NCBI GenBank assembly: GCA_965153285.1
Contig: OZ229110.1
DNA: 64,000 nt
Direction: 5' to 3' (one strand)
Origin: Podarcis tiliguerta
Lineage: Eukaryota
Shown: positions 25,859 through 40,119 of the stretch, in pieces
How the letters are laid out: every line of letters starts with the position of its first letter
Position numbering within the stretch: the stretch's first letter is position 1
Made by a program: the position numbers and the translations under genes
The notes under the pieces: generated by a model
Seen by the model: the letters and a program-made list of their open reading frames with translations, nothing else
Databases searched by the model: none
What the model was told of the DNA's origin: nothing

Positions 25859-28800
25859 CCCTAACATCTCCAAAAAGGGAGTAAAGACTTATAATTTAAT
25901 ATGTAATGTGTAAGCAACTTATTACCAAGCCCATAATTGGGGGGAAATTAACTGCTATCTGACCAACCACAAAATTCAAACATAACCCAAGATAAAAAAA
26001 TATTATTATTTTTTAAAAAGAAGATTTAGTTCTGACAAGTTAAGGCTGAACATTGCGAGCTAAAGGCCTAGAAAGTAGTGCAACCTTTTACAAACTTGAT
26101 TTAAATCACCTTTCAAAACTTGCTACTTCAAAGCTTGACGCAGGGAGAACACTGGTGGGAATGAGGGAGGAGGCCGAAGAGAGGAGGGGATTCAGAGGAA
26201 GGAAGACAAAAGAAGGCTAAAAGTCAAGCCAAGGGTAAAGGTATAAATTAGCAGTGCCTCTGGCAAGAATCAATTAGTGCTGGACAATTCAGCCTTTACA
26301 ATATTCTTTCATTGTCTGCTTTCCTTCCTGGTTACAGATACATGATGTATCCCATTCAGCAAAAATCTCCCCTCTACATTTTTACGCCCAGCAGGGCTTT
26401 TAAGCAGTTATTGTAAGTGATGATCTCTGGTAAATATCACAGATAATACTTATATAGAGTAGGTATACAGAATTAACTTTCTGGCCAATCACATTCTTTG
26501 TGTGAATGGTTTCAAAGGCCCAGCTCCTAGGAAGGAACCACTGCCTGAGTTTTTCCGCATCTGCAGCCACCTTGATCCAACAGGAAAAATCTGGAAACAG
26601 TGTCTCTGGGCACATCTTTTGTCCGTGGAAATGCTACAGCAAGCTCTACCACAACTGCGTAAACCCTCATATCTTAAGGCCCCACCAGGAGAGGAAGAAG
26701 AGGATATCTGCAATGGCACCAAAGAAGTCATTTCATATGATGGAAAGAGCCTAGAATACTACTATCCTGTCTGGCCACCTGATATATGTGTGCCATTCAT
26801 CTCATTCATTGACAATTGGTGTTCATTTTGTTTCATCAGGTAAAAGGGAAAGTTCCGCCCCCTCTCAGATGTCAGAAGCACAGGTTGACAACTCACCCCA
26901 TGAATCATTAGACTGAGGCACCTACATATTAGCTGAATTAGGGCCTCTTCAAAAACCATTTCACCCCTCGCTTCTAGACATGATGAAATCAGAAATGGGC
27001 CATTCCCCTTGAGAATGAGCCGAAGGGATTGTCTGAATTAGTGGATCCTAGGCTACATCCAGACCAGTTAGCCACACTAAAGTCCCACTGGAATCAATAG
27101 GGCAAGGGAGTTATTACTAGGGAATCTTGTGAATTCCAAGAGGAAGTGGCCTGATTTCTACCTTTTGTGCTAATGTGCACATCAGAAACTATTCACTGGT
27201 TTTGAAATATCCCAAAGACTCCAATACAGTCTCTAATAATAATAAAAAGTATCAAAGTGCATTAAAATACATATTTTAAGACAAAATGCATCTAAAATGC
27301 ATATTTATATTTAAATCTGATTTTTGTGATTTATTTATTTTTAATGTAGAATGCAGAAATGGAGCAGACTACATTTATGAGTGAACCCATGAAGAAGTGG
27401 CGTGGACTAGAAAATGGATTGCTTTGCCCATGCCTAGTCACACCTACCTAGCTTTTAAATTAATTTCAAAGGGATCAAAGTACAGTTAACCTGGTCTGAA
27501 TCCAAACCACCACCATGACTATTTGAACATGTGATCTCTCTCGATCCTGGATATAAAACCAGTTTATACAGAGTCAATAAATTATTATTTTTTAAAAACC
27601 AGATGTTTTGATACTTCTGTAAACCTTGGAACTTTCTTTGGGTAAAGGTGAAAGAGAAAGGAGATTTGCCCATTTAATATTCTGTACGCTGCTCTTTTTC
27701 AAAATCTCTCTCTCTGTGCAGGGAATCAAAGAAACAACAACAGGAGCTTGCTTGAGGAAGAGGAAGAGACACAGGATAGGATGGCTCTGAAAAACTCTTA
27801 AGGAGAAATTCATGGTTTTAAAAGATTTAAAAAAGAAACCAAGGTCAGATTATTAAAATGGCCATTATTATGCTGCAGCCATTTTAAAGGAGGGTCAGCA
27901 AAAACAAGTGCCACTTTATTTCTACTAGATTAAATTTAATCTAGCAAATTATATGAGCTGCATATGTATGATTACTACCAGAACATCATTATTTTGTGTT
28001 CTGCTTAGATTCACTCACGTTTTAGAGCCAAGAACTGCTGCATGACTTCCACACACACACACACACACACCATCTACTGAAATTGTAGGCATTTACACAT
28101 ACACACATAAGTATTGCCTTACCAGTTTCTTGTAGGATGCTTATGATGCCATGTCTCAACTCTATTAATTGGTTCAGAGCAAAGACAAAGACTGACAGCT
28201 GACAAACAGCAAACCAATTCATCTTTCAGAAAAGCTTTCTTGATCTCACAACAGATTACACCTGTCTCATTCAGTACAATCAGCCATCTGGCCCTTCCTT
28301 GGGATGTGTGCTTAAACTTCAAGGTCTGCTTATTATAAGTACCTTTTGAGAGGAGGGACATTGTTATCAACAGCAAATGCATTTATCCCTATCCTCAGGA
28401 TGAAATCATCTTCTTGTTCAGATGATGTGCTTTTGGGCGGGTAGCAACCTTACAGGGAAGTATTGATTTTTAAATCAAGCATACATTAAAAGGGAGGGGA
28501 AAGTGGTATCACCACACTTTTAACGCTCCTACATATTCTGGACCCTGTCCATTTTGTTTGTGATTAAATGGCTGAGGCGTACTTCAGTTTCACCCCATCA
28601 TAGCCAAACCCTTTTGTTTTAGTCTCGCAACCTTAAAGAGGAGAACTGTTAGTTTTGTGATAACATTGGGGATGCTGTTAAATTGTAATGTTCCCCTTGT
28701 TATAGAAAAAGAGCCATTACATTTAAGTATGTGTTTACTGTAAGCATTTAACAAGCTCATATATATTTCATACCGAAATCTATAATGCTTCCTTTACACA

Positions 28801-29667
28801 AACATGTTAGTGGCCACACTGAGCCCCCCCCCCCCCCAATTATTTCAGCTTTGTGAAACAGATTCTCTGAATGTTGTGCAATTAACTTTAATGGTGAAAT
28901 AAATAGCGATATATGTGTTTCAATAGTCCCTTGGCTGAATATACTTGGGAGAGTCAAAATTCATCAAACCCACACACCCATATCCTTCCATGGGTGAAAT
29001 TAAACTGGAGTCCCTGCAATCATGCAAAATCTGTTGATCCAGTGGACATCTTCACTAATAACAGATGAAGGGAGGGGATTTTCCTCTCCTCTGCCCCAAC
29101 TCAACTGGGTGCAGCAAGTTAAGGGACCCTCCAAAATAGGGTGTAGGGTGACATGGGAGCTGCAAAGAGGAGGCAGAATTAGCAAGAAAACAAAACAAAA
29201 CACTCAACGACCCATTTCCCCCCAACTAAATCCTGTTCACAGAAGCATCTGCTGGGAGAAAAGCCCTCTGTGAGCACAGGGGCACCACTTGGCTACCACT
29301 TGGCTACCAAGCCCGTTTGATGAAAATGTCTTGTTCACTCAGTCTTGCATGGGCACCAGTAGTGCAGTAGTGTAGCTATTTTCAGATTCTTAAGTTCTTC
29401 CTGCCAAATTGCTTTGTTTGATATAAGTTGCTTATTTTAAAGTTATTGTGATGACTTTTTATATTGGATTAGGCTGTTACTACTAATGCTTGGTGTTTTA
29501 TTATGTTTTTATATGTGTTGGAAGTAGCCCAGAGTGGCTGGGGCAACCCAGCCAGTTGGGCGGGGTATAAATAAGTTGTTGTTGTTGTTGTTGTTGTCAT
29601 TGTCATAGGAGGGTTCCTGGACTGCTGGCTGCAGTGGCCATGGGAGGGTTTCAACTCAAGGGATAGA

Positions 29668-29907
29668 GAAGAAGAAGAGGAGTTTGGATTTGATATCCTG
29701 CTTTATCACTACCCAAAGGAGTCTCAAAGTGGCTAACATTCTCCTTTCCCTTCCTCCCCCACAACAAACACTCTGTGAGGTGAGTGGGGCTGAGAGACTT
29801 CAGAGAAGTGTGACTAGCCCTCCACCCATGTGGAGGAGCGGAGACGCGAACCCGGTTCCCAAGATTACGAGTCTACCGCTCTTAACCACTACACCACACT
29901 GGCTCTC
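29668..29907 (-). mobile_element. tRNA-derived SINE (Squam3-like) with (CTT)n tail
   Basis: The minus strand begins gagagccagtgtggtgtagtggttaagagcggtagac (Pol III A box), has gggttcgcgtctcc (B-box-like), and ends in a (ctt)n tail. The family name is from recall. Confidence 0.7.
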
Positions 29908-30721
29908 TGGAGTCCCCTGATAAATAACAAATAACAACAGTAACAAAACCAATACATTTAATAATTTAATGATATAAAACAATTTGCCTTATTTTTATTA
30001 TGTGCATTTGCATTTTACATTTTAGAAATGCAATTCCTTTTTTTTTTTTTTTTTAAAAAAGTAGTTTCAAATAATTATTGAATCTTACATCACAGGAGGA
30101 TTAAAATGGTGTGTGGACTTCTTACTGAATTAAAAACTGTGTCTGCTCCTCTGCACAATGCCAACAAATGTTCCAGAGAGAAGTTTAAGGACTTTCAAAG
30201 AAGTCAAACCATTTCATTGGTGAGAATTCTGCCATCTGTTTCAGGGGACCATAGCTTGACCCCTGGAGCCAGTTTCAGAAACATGGGGATCTACAGGTTG
30301 GTTGGGGGGAGGGTGTGCGCGCGATAAAAGCCAAAGTCAGATGAATTCAGGGCGTCTTCAGAATTTGGTGCAAGGGATCATCACTGGTCCTGACTACCTC
30401 TGTAGCCTGTTCCTCATTCCGAAACCTGCCTCACAATATAGCTATACTTCACAGCTGCTTCTCCTAAGTTCAGGAGCAGTAGCACTGTGGTGGCTTCTGC
30501 AGTCCCAGCGGAGAGAATGGAACTACCTTACAGACCATGACTGCATACATACCACACATTTAAAGGCCATTTAAAGCACCTGGCCTCCCCCAAAGAATCT
30601 GGGAATTGCAGTTTACTCCTCACAGGACTTCAATTCTCAACACTCTCAACAAACTACAGTCCCCAGGATTCTATGGGGCAAGCCATGAGCTTTAAATGGA
30701 TGATGAATACATCGCCTAGCA

Positions 30722-30972
30722 CAGGGATAGGCAACCTAAGGCCCGGGAGCTGGATGCGGCCCAATCGCCTTCTCAATCTGGCCCGTGGACGGTCCGGGAA
30801 TCAGCGTGTTTTTAAATGAGTAGAATGTGTCTTTTTATTTAAAATGCATCTCTGGGTTATTTGTGGGGCATAGGAATTAGTTCATTTTTCCCCCTTCAAA
30901 ATATAGTCCGGCCCACCATACAGTCTGAGAGACGGTGGACTGGCCCATGGCTGAAAAAGGTTGCTGACCCCA
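30722..30972. mobile_element. hAT MITE family A, copy 2
   Basis: Homologous to 25608-25858; 8-bp TSD gcctagca. Confidence 0.85.
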
Positions 30973-33900
30973 GCCTAGCATAAGGAGATATTGGAGATTA
31001 GACGATGTCCCTGCAAAAAATGTGGGATCAAGCGGGATTCTTTTGCCAATATCTTAAACTTGCATAACTAGGTCTTCCATGAGGAATTTACTTTATAATT
31101 CACCAAAAATGGTAACCGTCAGCTACTAACAAATCTAAATGGGTCTGCCTGCTTTTATTTTTGGCTTCAGGCATTTGGGGTAACGTGGGTTTCCCAGGGG
31201 AACCCAAAATATCTGCTTCTCGGTAACACATTGCATTTAAGCATGAAGATAGGCACGAAGGTTGAAACAAATTAGCATGCATGCATAAAATAAATAAATA
31301 GAAACAATTTAGCACACTAGATAAGAAAAGGTTTATAAGAAAGTCAGGTCCACTGGGACTTCAAAATATAACAGGAAAATGTATCTAGTCAAAAACTAGC
31401 TTTCTTTGTCCCATGATGTTCTAAAGGGGCTAGTCATAAACATGCTTTAGTCACCCAGTTTCTAAATGTCTGTGTTCAGGTCATTTGAAAGTTAACCAAG
31501 ATGGCTCTCACCACTTGGATTTAAGGCCACCCTCAACTCAGAGCCACTTCCTTCAAGCCGGTGCTATTTTTCTAGCAGAACTCACCATGAATGCATCCCT
31601 CATTCTCTTAGAATGGCAAAGGTGCCCACCGGAGAGGTGCCAGAACTGAGTTCCTGTGAGTTCCTTCTGCTTCAAGCTGTTGCTAGGTGTGGAGACAGAG
31701 AAGATAGAAGAGAGCCAACCAAACCAGAGCTAACGAACTTGTCTCCTTTTTTGAATCTAAAATTTTCAGGACTGGACAAGTGTGTCCACCCATCCTTTCT
31801 TATGATGTAGAGAGCAACCATATTTTACAAGGCTGCAAAAGGCAGAACTTGTGAGAAGCCTAACATGAGAACTTATTCTTCTAAGATGATGCCCACATTA
31901 TCAAGCCATTTGAAGCTTGATTTTGAAATGAACACTCTTATGTGCATAACTTCCCCACTTGAAATAGGCAGGAATTGGAAAGTTCCCTAACATTTCAGAT
32001 AGCTTATTGACTAAACATTAACCAGTCCAGATGAAGGGGTGAGGAGAGAGCCAGATCTTGTTGCCTGGGTGATAGACAAAGAAATGCATATACTACTCAA
32101 CACAACTAGCTTTGCTGGCTCCCAAAATGGAGTTTTCTTCTTTTAAAATGGAGGCCAGTACTGCCAAGCTAAGCAGTGCAAGTCAGGTTCATTGCATCCC
32201 CTTTGGTTAGGTTTTGATCTGCTGCAAATGGAAATCCTAAAGGCACATAATCCCAATCAAGACTGCATTTGTACCCATACAGCAATGACCCTGGAATTTG
32301 GCAACAAAATTGGTCACTCTTTTGAGCTCAAATTTAGAGGGAGAGGGTTGTGGGGGATGGATGTTTCTAAGCCTCACATCACAGATAACAGCTGGAAAAA
32401 TTGGGGACAATGGCACTTGAGGGATAAAAACCCAAGGAGGATACTTTGAAAGAAGGCATTGTGCTCATAATTTATCAGGATTCTCTACTCTGCCCATTCC
32501 ACCTGAAAAAATCTAGGCTCTGTCATCCATTGATCTCCATTATCCTGGTCTAAGTTCCATTGTGCTCCTAAACTTTTCAGTTCTTCTTCCAATTTCTGAA
32601 GTAATCCATATATTGGAATTACAATGTATTATGCAACTTTGTGTTCTTTGTACTTGCACACTTATCCTGAGTTTGGGAGTCCCTGGTTCAGAATTTGAAT
32701 ATTTTTCTAGGCCCAGAATCTTTGATAATGACTTAGCCTAGAATAATCCCAATGAAACCAAAGCAGACTATTGCCTAAGCACCTGAATTGGAAAATGTAG
32801 TGTAAATAGTATTAAGGTTTTAATGATGTGTTCATTTGAATTTTCAACCCTTCCTTGTAGATACCTTGCTTTGGTTTGTTGGTAGAATGTTCAGGATACA
32901 AATGTGGTCACTGAATAAGACCAAATTACCTGTCATTAGGGATGGGAGAGAAATCTGATTCAGTTCGCATCTAAAGCCAAATTTCTCAAAATGGCACTTT
33001 CCAAAACAATATGAGAACCAAAACACAGCCATCCTTCAAAATTCGCAACTCTGAATTTTGTGATGCAGTTCTCCAACCAAACCATGTTACAAAAATGTGT
33101 ATATTAGGAGAAAATGTGCCTGTAATCAATATATTAGTGGAAATAACAAAGAGAAATGCATTATATTAGGAGAAATTAGTTACAAAAATGAGTAATTAGT
33201 GAAAACTAAATACAAAAATGTGTCTATTAGAAGAAATTTGCACTAGGATGCTGAGTGGTTTTAATGAAGATTAAAAATAATGATAACAGCAAATTGGTGC
33301 AGAAAGAGGGAGAACTGAGTTTAAGATTGAAAAAATTAGAAACTGAGAAAACCAAAATACACAGATCCTTTCACCTCTACACATCATTAAACTATGTGAA
33401 ACTATAGTTGCCATTCACACACTTCATGTTAATCTTCCAGAGGCTTCAGTGAAGCTCCAGTTGTACTCCAGTGAAAGCAATTCATGAACTGTAGTAACGT
33501 CTTGACAGACATTCCTCTATCCCTTAACCAAGAACAGTTTGACCCTAAGGAACAAAACTGATTCCTCTTACTGCAGAGCATGACATCTCACACAGAAACA
33601 ACAGTGCTCTTGACATTTTGGCTGTGTACATACCATATATTTAACAATAATAGTAATAGTAATAACAATAATAATTTTATTATTTATACCCTGTCCATCT
33701 GGCTGGGTTTCCCCAGCCACTCTGGGCAGCTTAAACCATATTTAAAGTACACAGCTTCTTCCAAAGAATTTTAGGAACTGCAGTTTGTTAAGGGTGCTGA
33801 GAATTGTAGCTCTGTGAGGGGTAAACTATGGTTTCCAGGGTTATTTGAGGAAGCCACATGCTTTAAATGTATGCTGCATATGCAACCTTTGATCCAACAG

Positions 33901-36900
33901 TCCTAAACTGTAACATTATCAAAAATATTGATTGCAGATGAAGATCCTATCAATAGTTTTAAACGTTTTACCTGGACTTTTGCTTGGAACCTATCGGACA
34001 TTTTTTTATTGCCTCCATTTAAGTCCTACGTTTTATATTCTGCTGATGTTCTCTGTTGTTGTGAAATTTTATAGCATCCATTGTTTGTTTGTTGGTCTTT
34101 ACATTGTTTTTATGTGACATATTTCTACCAGGACCATATAGGGAAGGGCAGACTATAAATAAGGCAAATAAATAACTGATCAGCTGCAATAAGAGTATCT
34201 GGATTGGTCCATAATGCATGGAAATAAATATGAATCAGATGGTTTCTGATACAAATCTCTGGTTGTGAAGGTGCAAGGTATGGGCTACTCTGCAACAAAG
34301 CAAACTAACCATGACTTCTGCCATAAAACTAGACCTTTGCAGTAAAAAACAACTTCTGAGGGACAAAATGCACACATTTAAGCTTGCATCGTGATTGGAG
34401 TTCAAAATCCAGACACAGTCCATCCATTGTTAAATCACACTCATGTCAATGGAAGTCGTAAGTATGTGATCAAATATCTCCCTAATAGTCTTTAGTATTT
34501 AAAAGTGTTTAATGTCCCCAAGAACGTTCAATCTGATTTGTTTTCAGAATTTATTGTCGTTGTTTTTACGTAAAATGTTCTGTGTGCTACTAAATATTTT
34601 GAAGTAATACAATATTCATCAGTGACAAAAAGAAAAAAGAAACCTAACCAGGAATTTTACAACCACATTTTACCCCTGGTATGCCTGTTTTATGCAGTGA
34701 GCAAATTAATCCTTTAGTCTTAATAAAAACACTTAAGAGATTATAAATGCTATTGAAACTATTAGGAAAGTGCCACGTTTATGCCAAATAGAAGTTTTAC
34801 ATAAGCTGTTTGATATATTGGGTTTTTTTTATTATAATTTGGGTTCAAATACAACCTTGCTACAATGACACTTCTAAAAATGCTCTGATCCGTGCAGTAA
34901 ACTGGCTGTGCATTTAAGCTGGATAGCCAGCATGCAACATGGATCAGTGCATTTTTGAAGTTTTGTTGCAGAAAGGAGCGCTCAAGAACCAAATCATAAT
35001 AAGAAACAGTCAAGCAGCTTGTGTTGATGCACACATTATGATGCACATCATCAACTTCTACATCTAGCAACTAGATGAGCCCCAAATTCACATCTCTTAA
35101 CTTCCATCCCCCAACATGTGATTGGCACTGTCAAATCTGCCCTGTCTATAATCTGGAAATGACCACCCGATGAGAAGCCCAATATGACATGCATCTGGGA
35201 GAAACTACCTGTAGGAACTCAAGACCACGCATGCCCCATCGACCAATACTTAAAATTCCGTGTGGATTGAAGCCACGTTAAATTCAGGGCTCAAAATTTC
35301 ATTCAGAAACATTTGTAAACTTGCCACATTTTCATTTTGACAGGTCTAAACATTATTATTATTATTATTTAAAAAATCAGATGGGACACTAAAATCCCCA
35401 TTCATCTTTCAATGGGACAGAACGGCAACGTTCAAAACCAAGCAATGCATACAAAGACATACATGCACAGCCACCGAAAGGTTAGTCTAGATACAAGATG
35501 ACTTTGGTAATCGCAAGTGAGCCCAACGCACTTTCTGGAATGAGGAGCACACAAGGATACAAGCTTTAGATAATACCTGAATTGGGATATAGTTTCAGAT
35601 AAGCTGCAAGGTCTTTTCAACACAGGAAACAAAACCTCTCCCTCCTCGTTTCGTGCCAGCAAAAGCTCACTGCAGTAGTCTGTGTATTCCCCCCCCCTTC
35701 CCCAGTCAACTGTTACAGCCTTCCACCAGCTCTCTGACCTTTGAACTCATTTCTTCTCTCTCTCCCCCCCCCCAGCTCCCTCTGCAGTCAAAGCTACTGT
35801 GCTTGTCTAATTTGCATAAGGCTTGCGAAGGGCCTGTCAGCAGCTAAAAGGAGAATGCTGGCTGGCTAAGAAATTGTAGAACTGCAGATCTGCTGGAATA
35901 CCTGAATCACTGGAGGAAAGCGGAGGCAAGGGAGGAGGTATTATGTTTGCACTAAGCACTGCTGCGACTGGGGCATTTTAGAAAGCCACTGCTCTCACTT
36001 CAACTAATGGAAGGCAGAGCATTTTTATTCTGAAGAATACGGAAACTGAACGTTGTTGCCATCCTGCAGGATAACCCACTAAAATCAGGCTCCAGCGGCT
36101 GGTTTCCAAGGTGACCAATATAGTCAAATATCCTATTTAAATCTGGGGAGGGAAGTGGTTGTGAAAATCTCCGCCACTAAAGCTTTGCTGTCTGAAATGC
36201 AGCTAGCCTGATGTTGCTCATTATTATTATTATCATCATCATTTATTAAATAAGGGTGTCTGTCAATGTATCTGTTGATATTTTCATTTCCAATACATTT
36301 GCATCATACAGCCTCACGTTGCAACAGCTTTGTGCCCATGATACTAAAACCGCATAAATAAAGAAGGGAAATAAGTGTTGCTCCGGTTTTCACACCAGTG
36401 AAACTGTTTTAACAGTCTGATACAAAATAACACTGCTAAGCTCTGTAAACATAAGTCTGTATTCAATATGGCACCAAAAGAGTAAGAAGTGAAAGAGTTT
36501 CTCATATTAATTCTCTAAAACGTTCAATAAGGAAGTGAACATTTTTCTTTATTGGTTTAGAGAAGTGGCTCAGGCTTCTATTATTTCCTGCTTTCTCCCA
36601 TTTTGCTTCCTGCAGGATACCTCACCCCTGTTCAAAGTTACTGGTTTTGTATTGCTGAAATGCATATTAAAGATTAACAGTTCCATTTCTTTCAAGATTG
36701 GAAAGCATTTAGATATTCCATTGTTTTCTAAAAGAACGCTTGATGCATGATACTATCAAACTTTTATGTTTCATACAAAGCTAATTTCCTCAAAATCAAA
36801 ATATTAAGAAGCAGCAACACTTAATTTTGCAACCTACAAATGGTCACTTAAAATGTGTGATATCATTCTTTGTAAAAATGAAACAGAAAAGATTACACAT

Positions 36901-37541
36901 CCCTTACTATAAAAATCAATAAAACAGTTGGGGGGGGGATACAAAGAAGAGAATAGTCATGTATGTTGTTCTTAAAGGCTGGTGGGATATGTTAGATGCA
37001 GGTTCCTTATATGTGTGCCTCTGCCTTTGCATCATCACCCCTAAAATATTTCACAAAAGCTAGTATTGGGGGGGAAATTATATGCATCCTAATTAACATT
37101 CCAGTGTATGCCATTTATCATTTAAAAACATAAAAGAAAATTGCCATCATGAAACCACATGGTTCCTCTCAAAATAATGAGGTTGACAAGACATCAGCAT
37201 AATAGATCATTGCTATACTGAAATAACACAGCATTTCAGAATTGGCTACTGATCAGTGCTAGGGGTTGACTGTATGTTCCATTACTCCTGGATCTGTAAT
37301 GTTTCCGGCTGCAGAGTTTTAATATAAAAACCCCCCACATTAGCTACAGTTACTTTACATGGTTTATTTAACAAGGCATTCAACTCCTGGGCATCAAACA
37401 AGCCACACCTTACTGAATTCAAAAATGAACCAAATATATTAGCAACCCAAAATGGTATAAGCGAAACTACTGAATGGCATTCAAAAACATTGAAATCTCA
37501 GAATAATCTGAAGCAGACAAACAAAAAAACAAAAAACTGAC

Positions 37542-37830
37542 CTGTTCAAATGGGTGGGTTTTTTTCCAGTCCATACACTTTTCCTGATAATTATGCACCA
37601 ACATAGGCTGTCATTTTGTAAGTGTGTGATGTGTTATCTGCCTTCCTAGTTCCAGCGGAATCTTCTTAAAATTTCCCCAGCCCTGTCTTTTATTGCCTGT
37701 ACCATATGCTTTATTGTTCAGCGACAAGAGCTACACTCTGCACAAAGACTCATTACCTACTGCTTGCTTAGCAGCTTCAGAGTCTCTCTGACGCTGCCTA
37801 TGTGATCACATGGGAGTTTTGTCTGATAAA
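37542..37830 (-). other. Candidate CSRNP3 5'-UTR / alternative first exon
   Basis: Donor-like CAG|GTCAGT at 37542 within a long TE-poor block. The upstream boundary is a guess and no transcript evidence is available. Confidence 0.3.
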
Positions 37831-39701
37831 ACCGGGCATACTACTGATTTCACTGTCTATGGATATTTTTATCAGCTTAAGGTCTACTATGAAGAAAGAA
37901 CAACAAATGATAAAGCTGCTTTAAGTCATTAACGGAACACAAATTATGGAAATCCCTTCACAACCCCTTTCCATGCCCATTACAAATCCCTTCGCAACCT
38001 TCTTTACAAAACATGGATTCATTAGAGATTTGAAATTATGATTAATACTTGCTTTGTGAGGACTAATGACAGTATCACAGTAAACTATCTCTATGCAGGA
38101 TGTAATGTCAAATTCATATTGATATTTGTGAAAAGGCATCATATTGCTAACTGGCATCCTGCCAATAAACCTATTAATACTTTTAAGTTGCTAATATTGT
38201 ATGAAAACTATGATTGAAATTCTAAGGATCAGTGGGGCTTACTTCCAAGTAAACATAAATAGGAAGAAAGGCATTAAAGAAAGCCTTGTTTTGCTCTGAA
38301 AGCTTACAGTTGCAGAATTCCACACCCCCCCCTCATTTTTTTACTATTTTAATAGTCTGAAACTGAGAAAAAAATAATCAACTTATTTAATACCCTTGGA
38401 TTAAATTACCTATCCGACATAGTTTAACACAAGATGCAGATATAGATATTCAGAGTTTAAGACTGTAAATTCAGATTTAAAGATTTCTAAATGGCAGAAA
38501 TCTTCCATTCCCTTCTGTTGATTCATTACCTTGGTATTTGATAAAATGGCATTTCTTTGGAGGACAATAACTGGCAAAACTTGCTCAAAAGAATCACAAA
38601 TAATTGAGTACCTCTGGAAATGTGTCATCTCCAGGAAGAAAGGAAAGTTAATTTTACTTTAGAAAATTTGAGATCCCCATACATTGTTTTAATTTGAATA
38701 GCTATGTATCTGTCTTTTGCTGTGAAAACCAGTTCCGCCTAAATAATGAATTGTTTTCACTGCTACTGCAAAATTGTATTTATTCATTTTATCCATTTAT
38801 GATAAAATAGTCATTGCTAAAATTACATTTCAGCTTTGAACGTAGATAAATGACAAATGGCAATGTCATTTACTCATTAACATTCTTCAAATGGCAAAAA
38901 ATACCTACTTGTTATCCTTTTCAATGGTTCACTCATTAGCATAAGTAATTGACAGCTTGTTGCTCATTAAGGGTATGACCAATCATTGCAAGTGGAGTCA
39001 GTAAAAACAACGTTACTAACCTTGCTGGATTCAGGATTGGCTTCTAACAAAGACCACATGATAGAAATCCCTTTCTAAAGTCCATAGCACCTCTCCATCT
39101 TAGTATATGTGTGTGTGTGGATGAAAATGTTTAATAATGGGCTTTCTAATAATTATACAGAATGAAACATCTAACTGTAATCTGATGAAGGGAAAGATAA
39201 TATTATCTAAGGTGTTCCATAGCTTTTCAGATGAGACAAGCAGGTTATTCTGTCACTGAATTGTCTCTAGATTTCAGTTCTAATTAGCATTTCTTTTATA
39301 ACCATAACAACACAGGTAATAATTAATTTAAGTTCCACCATTTTGGTGAAAACACATCATAATGCACAGATTGAACAGATGGTTCATGGTGAGAATCTGT
39401 AGGGGCAAAGATGATAGCCTTATATGTTAATAAGGAAAAACGAAGATCAATTAGGCACCTTATTCATTAAGAGGTGGTTTTTTGTTTGTTTGTTACTTAA
39501 CAGAAAGGCTTTTTTTCCATTTATGATGCCATAGGATACTAAGGATAGAAATAAACAAAAAATGGTAGCCATTTTGCTGTAGCAGTCTGAAAAAGAAAAG
39601 AAAAAACCCAAATGCTTAGAAAATGGTGGAAGATGAAATAAATGAGAATAAGAAGTTAATGTGCCATTACTACACACTGCAGGAAGAAATAAATGGTATG
39701 A

Positions 39702-39738
39702 CTGATTGATTGATTGATTGATTGATTGAATGATTGAT
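39702..39738. repeat. (GATT)n microsatellite
   Basis: Directly visible. Confidence 0.9.
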
Positions 39739-40119
39739 AGACTGAAAGATGGATAAACAGGAAGCGAGGGGATGTTAAATATATATATTAAAATATGAAA
39801 GGTTAAGCAAGCTATAGTAATGAAGTCTGCTCCTATACAGACAAACAGTAACTTATATTAAACAATCAATTCTTGGCTTGCAAAATTTTAGCTTTTATTT
39901 CTGAAATCTAGTTTTTCTCCAGCTACATCGAAAACGTTAGGAAGTCAGACTCATACAGAAAGTTTATACAGTACCAGTAGTTAAACTGGAGCTAGTCTCA
40001 GAAATTTAACTGGGAAAGGAGAAAGCACCTCCTTTTGTATATAATGAGATTTGGTAACTCACACACTTTCTAAGCATGCCAACAAAAGCATAAACAAACA
40101 TGAACACCAGAGTAACCCA

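Noticed and set aside
29840-29907. tRNA gene
   Set aside because: It is the tRNA-like head of a SINE that continues into the SINE body and tail.
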